Made by a program: the position numbers and the translations under genes. Positions 62,525 to 64,000 of a stretch of DNA of 64,000 nt are shown here, one piece after another (the first letter of the stretch is position 1; every line of letters starts with the position of its first letter). This DNA comes from an uncultured delta proteobacterium (lineage in GTDB: Bacteria > Myxococcota > Kuafuiibacteriia > Kuafuiibacteriales > Kuafuiibacteriaceae), in contig CAWDML010000003.1 in the NCBI GenBank assembly GCA_963803435.1, positions 896,001 through 960,000 of the forward strand. The letters run 5' to 3'. Under the pieces are notes generated by a model that was not told the DNA's origin, made no database searches, and saw only the letters and a list, made by a program, of their open reading frames with translations.

Positions 62525-63529
62525 TCAGAGCACCTCGATCTGCGACACCGCTTTGACGTTGTCGCACTGGTCCGCCGCCCCCACGATGAAGAGCCGCAGC
62601 GGCCCGCCCGCGCCTCGATCGAGGCGTCCGCCCGGAGCCGCGTACTGCACCCAGCCTCCGTCGTAGAGGGCCTTGGCGTCGACGGTCCGCTCGAAGCCAT
62701 CCTGGGAGCGAATCTTCACCTGCGCATCGGACGGGATGCCGGCGGACGACAGGAGGGTGCGGAGGCGGGCGGCATCACCCTGGCGGCCGGGAACCACGGC
62801 ATCGAGCGCGGTCCGCTCGCTCTCCGGAAGCCGGCGAAGCTCGTGCCAGCCGGTCTGGACCTTCACGGTGGGCCCGAGGATCGTCAGCAGCGAGCCGCCC
62901 TCTTTGGCCTGGATCAGCGCCGCCACCGCCCGCGCGCCGCGCCGCGCCGCGCCCGCCCGGGCGTCGTCGCCGAGCCTGGCCGTCAGCGCCGAGGTCAGAC
63001 CGATCAGCGTCACGCCGGCGTCGACGTACAGCTCGATGTCCTCGAGACCGACGCCGCCCGAGACCCAGAGCGGGACCTCGCCGAGCGGCCCGCGGATCAG
63101 CTCGACGAACCGCGCGCCGCCGAGGGTCGCGATCGGGAACAGCTTGACCAGGTCTGCACCTGCCGCGCGCGCCCGGAGGATCTCCGTGGGCGTCATCGCG
63201 CCTGGGATCGAGACGAGACCGAGGGCGCGCGCCCGCCGGATCAGCGCCTCGTCGGTGTGGGGCGAGACCACGAACCGAGCGCCGGCCGCGTGCGCCCGCG
63301 CCACTTCGTCCTCGGTCTTGACCGTGCCCACCCCGATCACAGTGAGGGGCGGCTTCGCCCGGCTCGCCAGCCCCCGGACGATCTCGAAGCAGCCGGGGGT
63401 ATCGGCCGTGATCTCGACCGCGCGCAGCCCGCCCTCGAGCAATCCGGAGGCAATCTGCTCGGCGCGCGACGGATCGACCTCGCGTACGACGCCGACGATG
63501 CACGCTTCGACCAGCGCATCCAGCACCAT
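62525..63529 (-). CDS. KDPG/KHG aldolase (Eda-like) fused to a C-terminal molybdopterin-oxidoreductase-like domain
   Basis: VEIT, GVGTV, FVVSP, PGAMTPTE, VKLFP. Extra ~120 aa ending SQDGF...GGPLRLFIVG...CDNVKAVSQIEV. Confidence 0.8.
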   Translation of the reverse strand: MVLDALVEACIVGVVREVDPSRAEQIASGLLEGGLRAVEITADTPGCFEIVRGLASRAKPPLTVIGVGTVKTEDEVARAHAAGARFVVSPHTDEALIRRARALGLVSIPGAMTPTEILRARAAGADLVKLFPIATLGGARFVELIRGPLGEVPLWVSGGVGLEDIELYVDAGVTLIGLTSALTARLGDDARAGAARRGARAVAALIQAKEGGSLLTILGPTVKVQTGWHELRRLPESERTALDAVVPGRQGDAARLRTLLSSAGIPSDAQVKIRSQDGFERTVDAKALYDGGWVQYAAPGGRLDRGAGGPLRLFIVGAADQCDNVKAVSQIEVL

Positions 63530-63585
63530 GAGCGGCCCGTCTACCATCGCTTTACCCGGGAGTACCAGTGGGCTATCGCGACGGA

Positions 63586-64000
63586 ATGGACCAGGAACCG
63601 CCGCCCCTCGCGCCGCCTGCGCCTGCGCCCGCGCCGCTTGGGGCTCCCCCGCTGCCTCGGCCGCCGAGCCGGAGCAACACGCCGGTGTTGATCGCGCTGG
63701 CGTTGCTCCTGGGAGTGGGGGTGGGCGGGACGTGCGCGACCTGCGCGGCCGTCGGCGGCCAGGTCGGGGGCGACGAGGTCTTCTTTCCCGGCGGCGAGCA
63801 CGTCGGCGTCGTCGAGCTCCTCGGTCCGATCGGCGACGCCGGCGACATCGTGAAGAACATCCGCAAGTTTGCGTTGCGGGACGACCTGGTCGCGCTGGTG
63901 GTCCGCATCGACTCTCCCGGCGGGGCCGTCGCCCCCTCGCAGGAGATCTATCGCGCGATGCGCTGGGCCAGCGAGAAAAAGCCGGTCGTGGTGTCGATGG
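63586..64000 (+). CDS. sppA: Signal peptide peptidase SppA (S49), 3'-truncated
   Basis: Translated by hand (not in the ORF track): Pro-rich N-terminus, TM, RIDSPGGAVAPSQEIY, KKPVVVSM at the window edge. Confidence 0.9.
   Translation, partial: MDQEPPPLAPPAPAPAPLGAPPLPRPPSRSNTPVLIALALLLGVGVGGTCATCAAVGGQVGGDEVFFPGGEHVGVVELLGPIGDAGDIVKNIRKFALRDDLVALVVRIDSPGGAVAPSQEIYRAMRWASEKKPVVVSM

Overview
High-GC bacterial chromosomal segment, most likely Myxococcota-like (inferred from many Cys-rich lipoproteins with PDAG-type linkers, a sigma54 two-component system and an N-terminally extended RNase HI). It holds about 65 densely packed housekeeping and accessory CDS. I saw no rRNA, tRNA, CRISPR array, transposase, integrase or phage genes. 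Six genes carry single-base frameshifts (transaldolase four times, lipase-like protein, ferredoxin-MBL, adenylate cyclase, histidine kinase, NtrC-type regulator), probably consensus-sequence errors. The best candidate for an undescribed system is a rearranged STM4011-STM4014-type cluster (two radical SAM enzymes, an ATP-grasp protein and an alkaline-phosphatase-fold hydrolase) at 56.1-60.3 kb. Other notable items are an Eda-type aldolase fused to a molybdopterin-oxidoreductase-like domain, twin divergent ECF promoters (GTCAC-N16-CGTT), a small putative autorepressor with a palindromic operator, two related long intergenic hairpins, three sigma54-type promoters, a degenerate site-2 protease, and widespread -10-box-to-start-codon architecture suggesting leaderless or short-leader mRNAs. 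All family assignments come from motif recognition by eye, not database searches. Start codons were refined manually from the ORF track.
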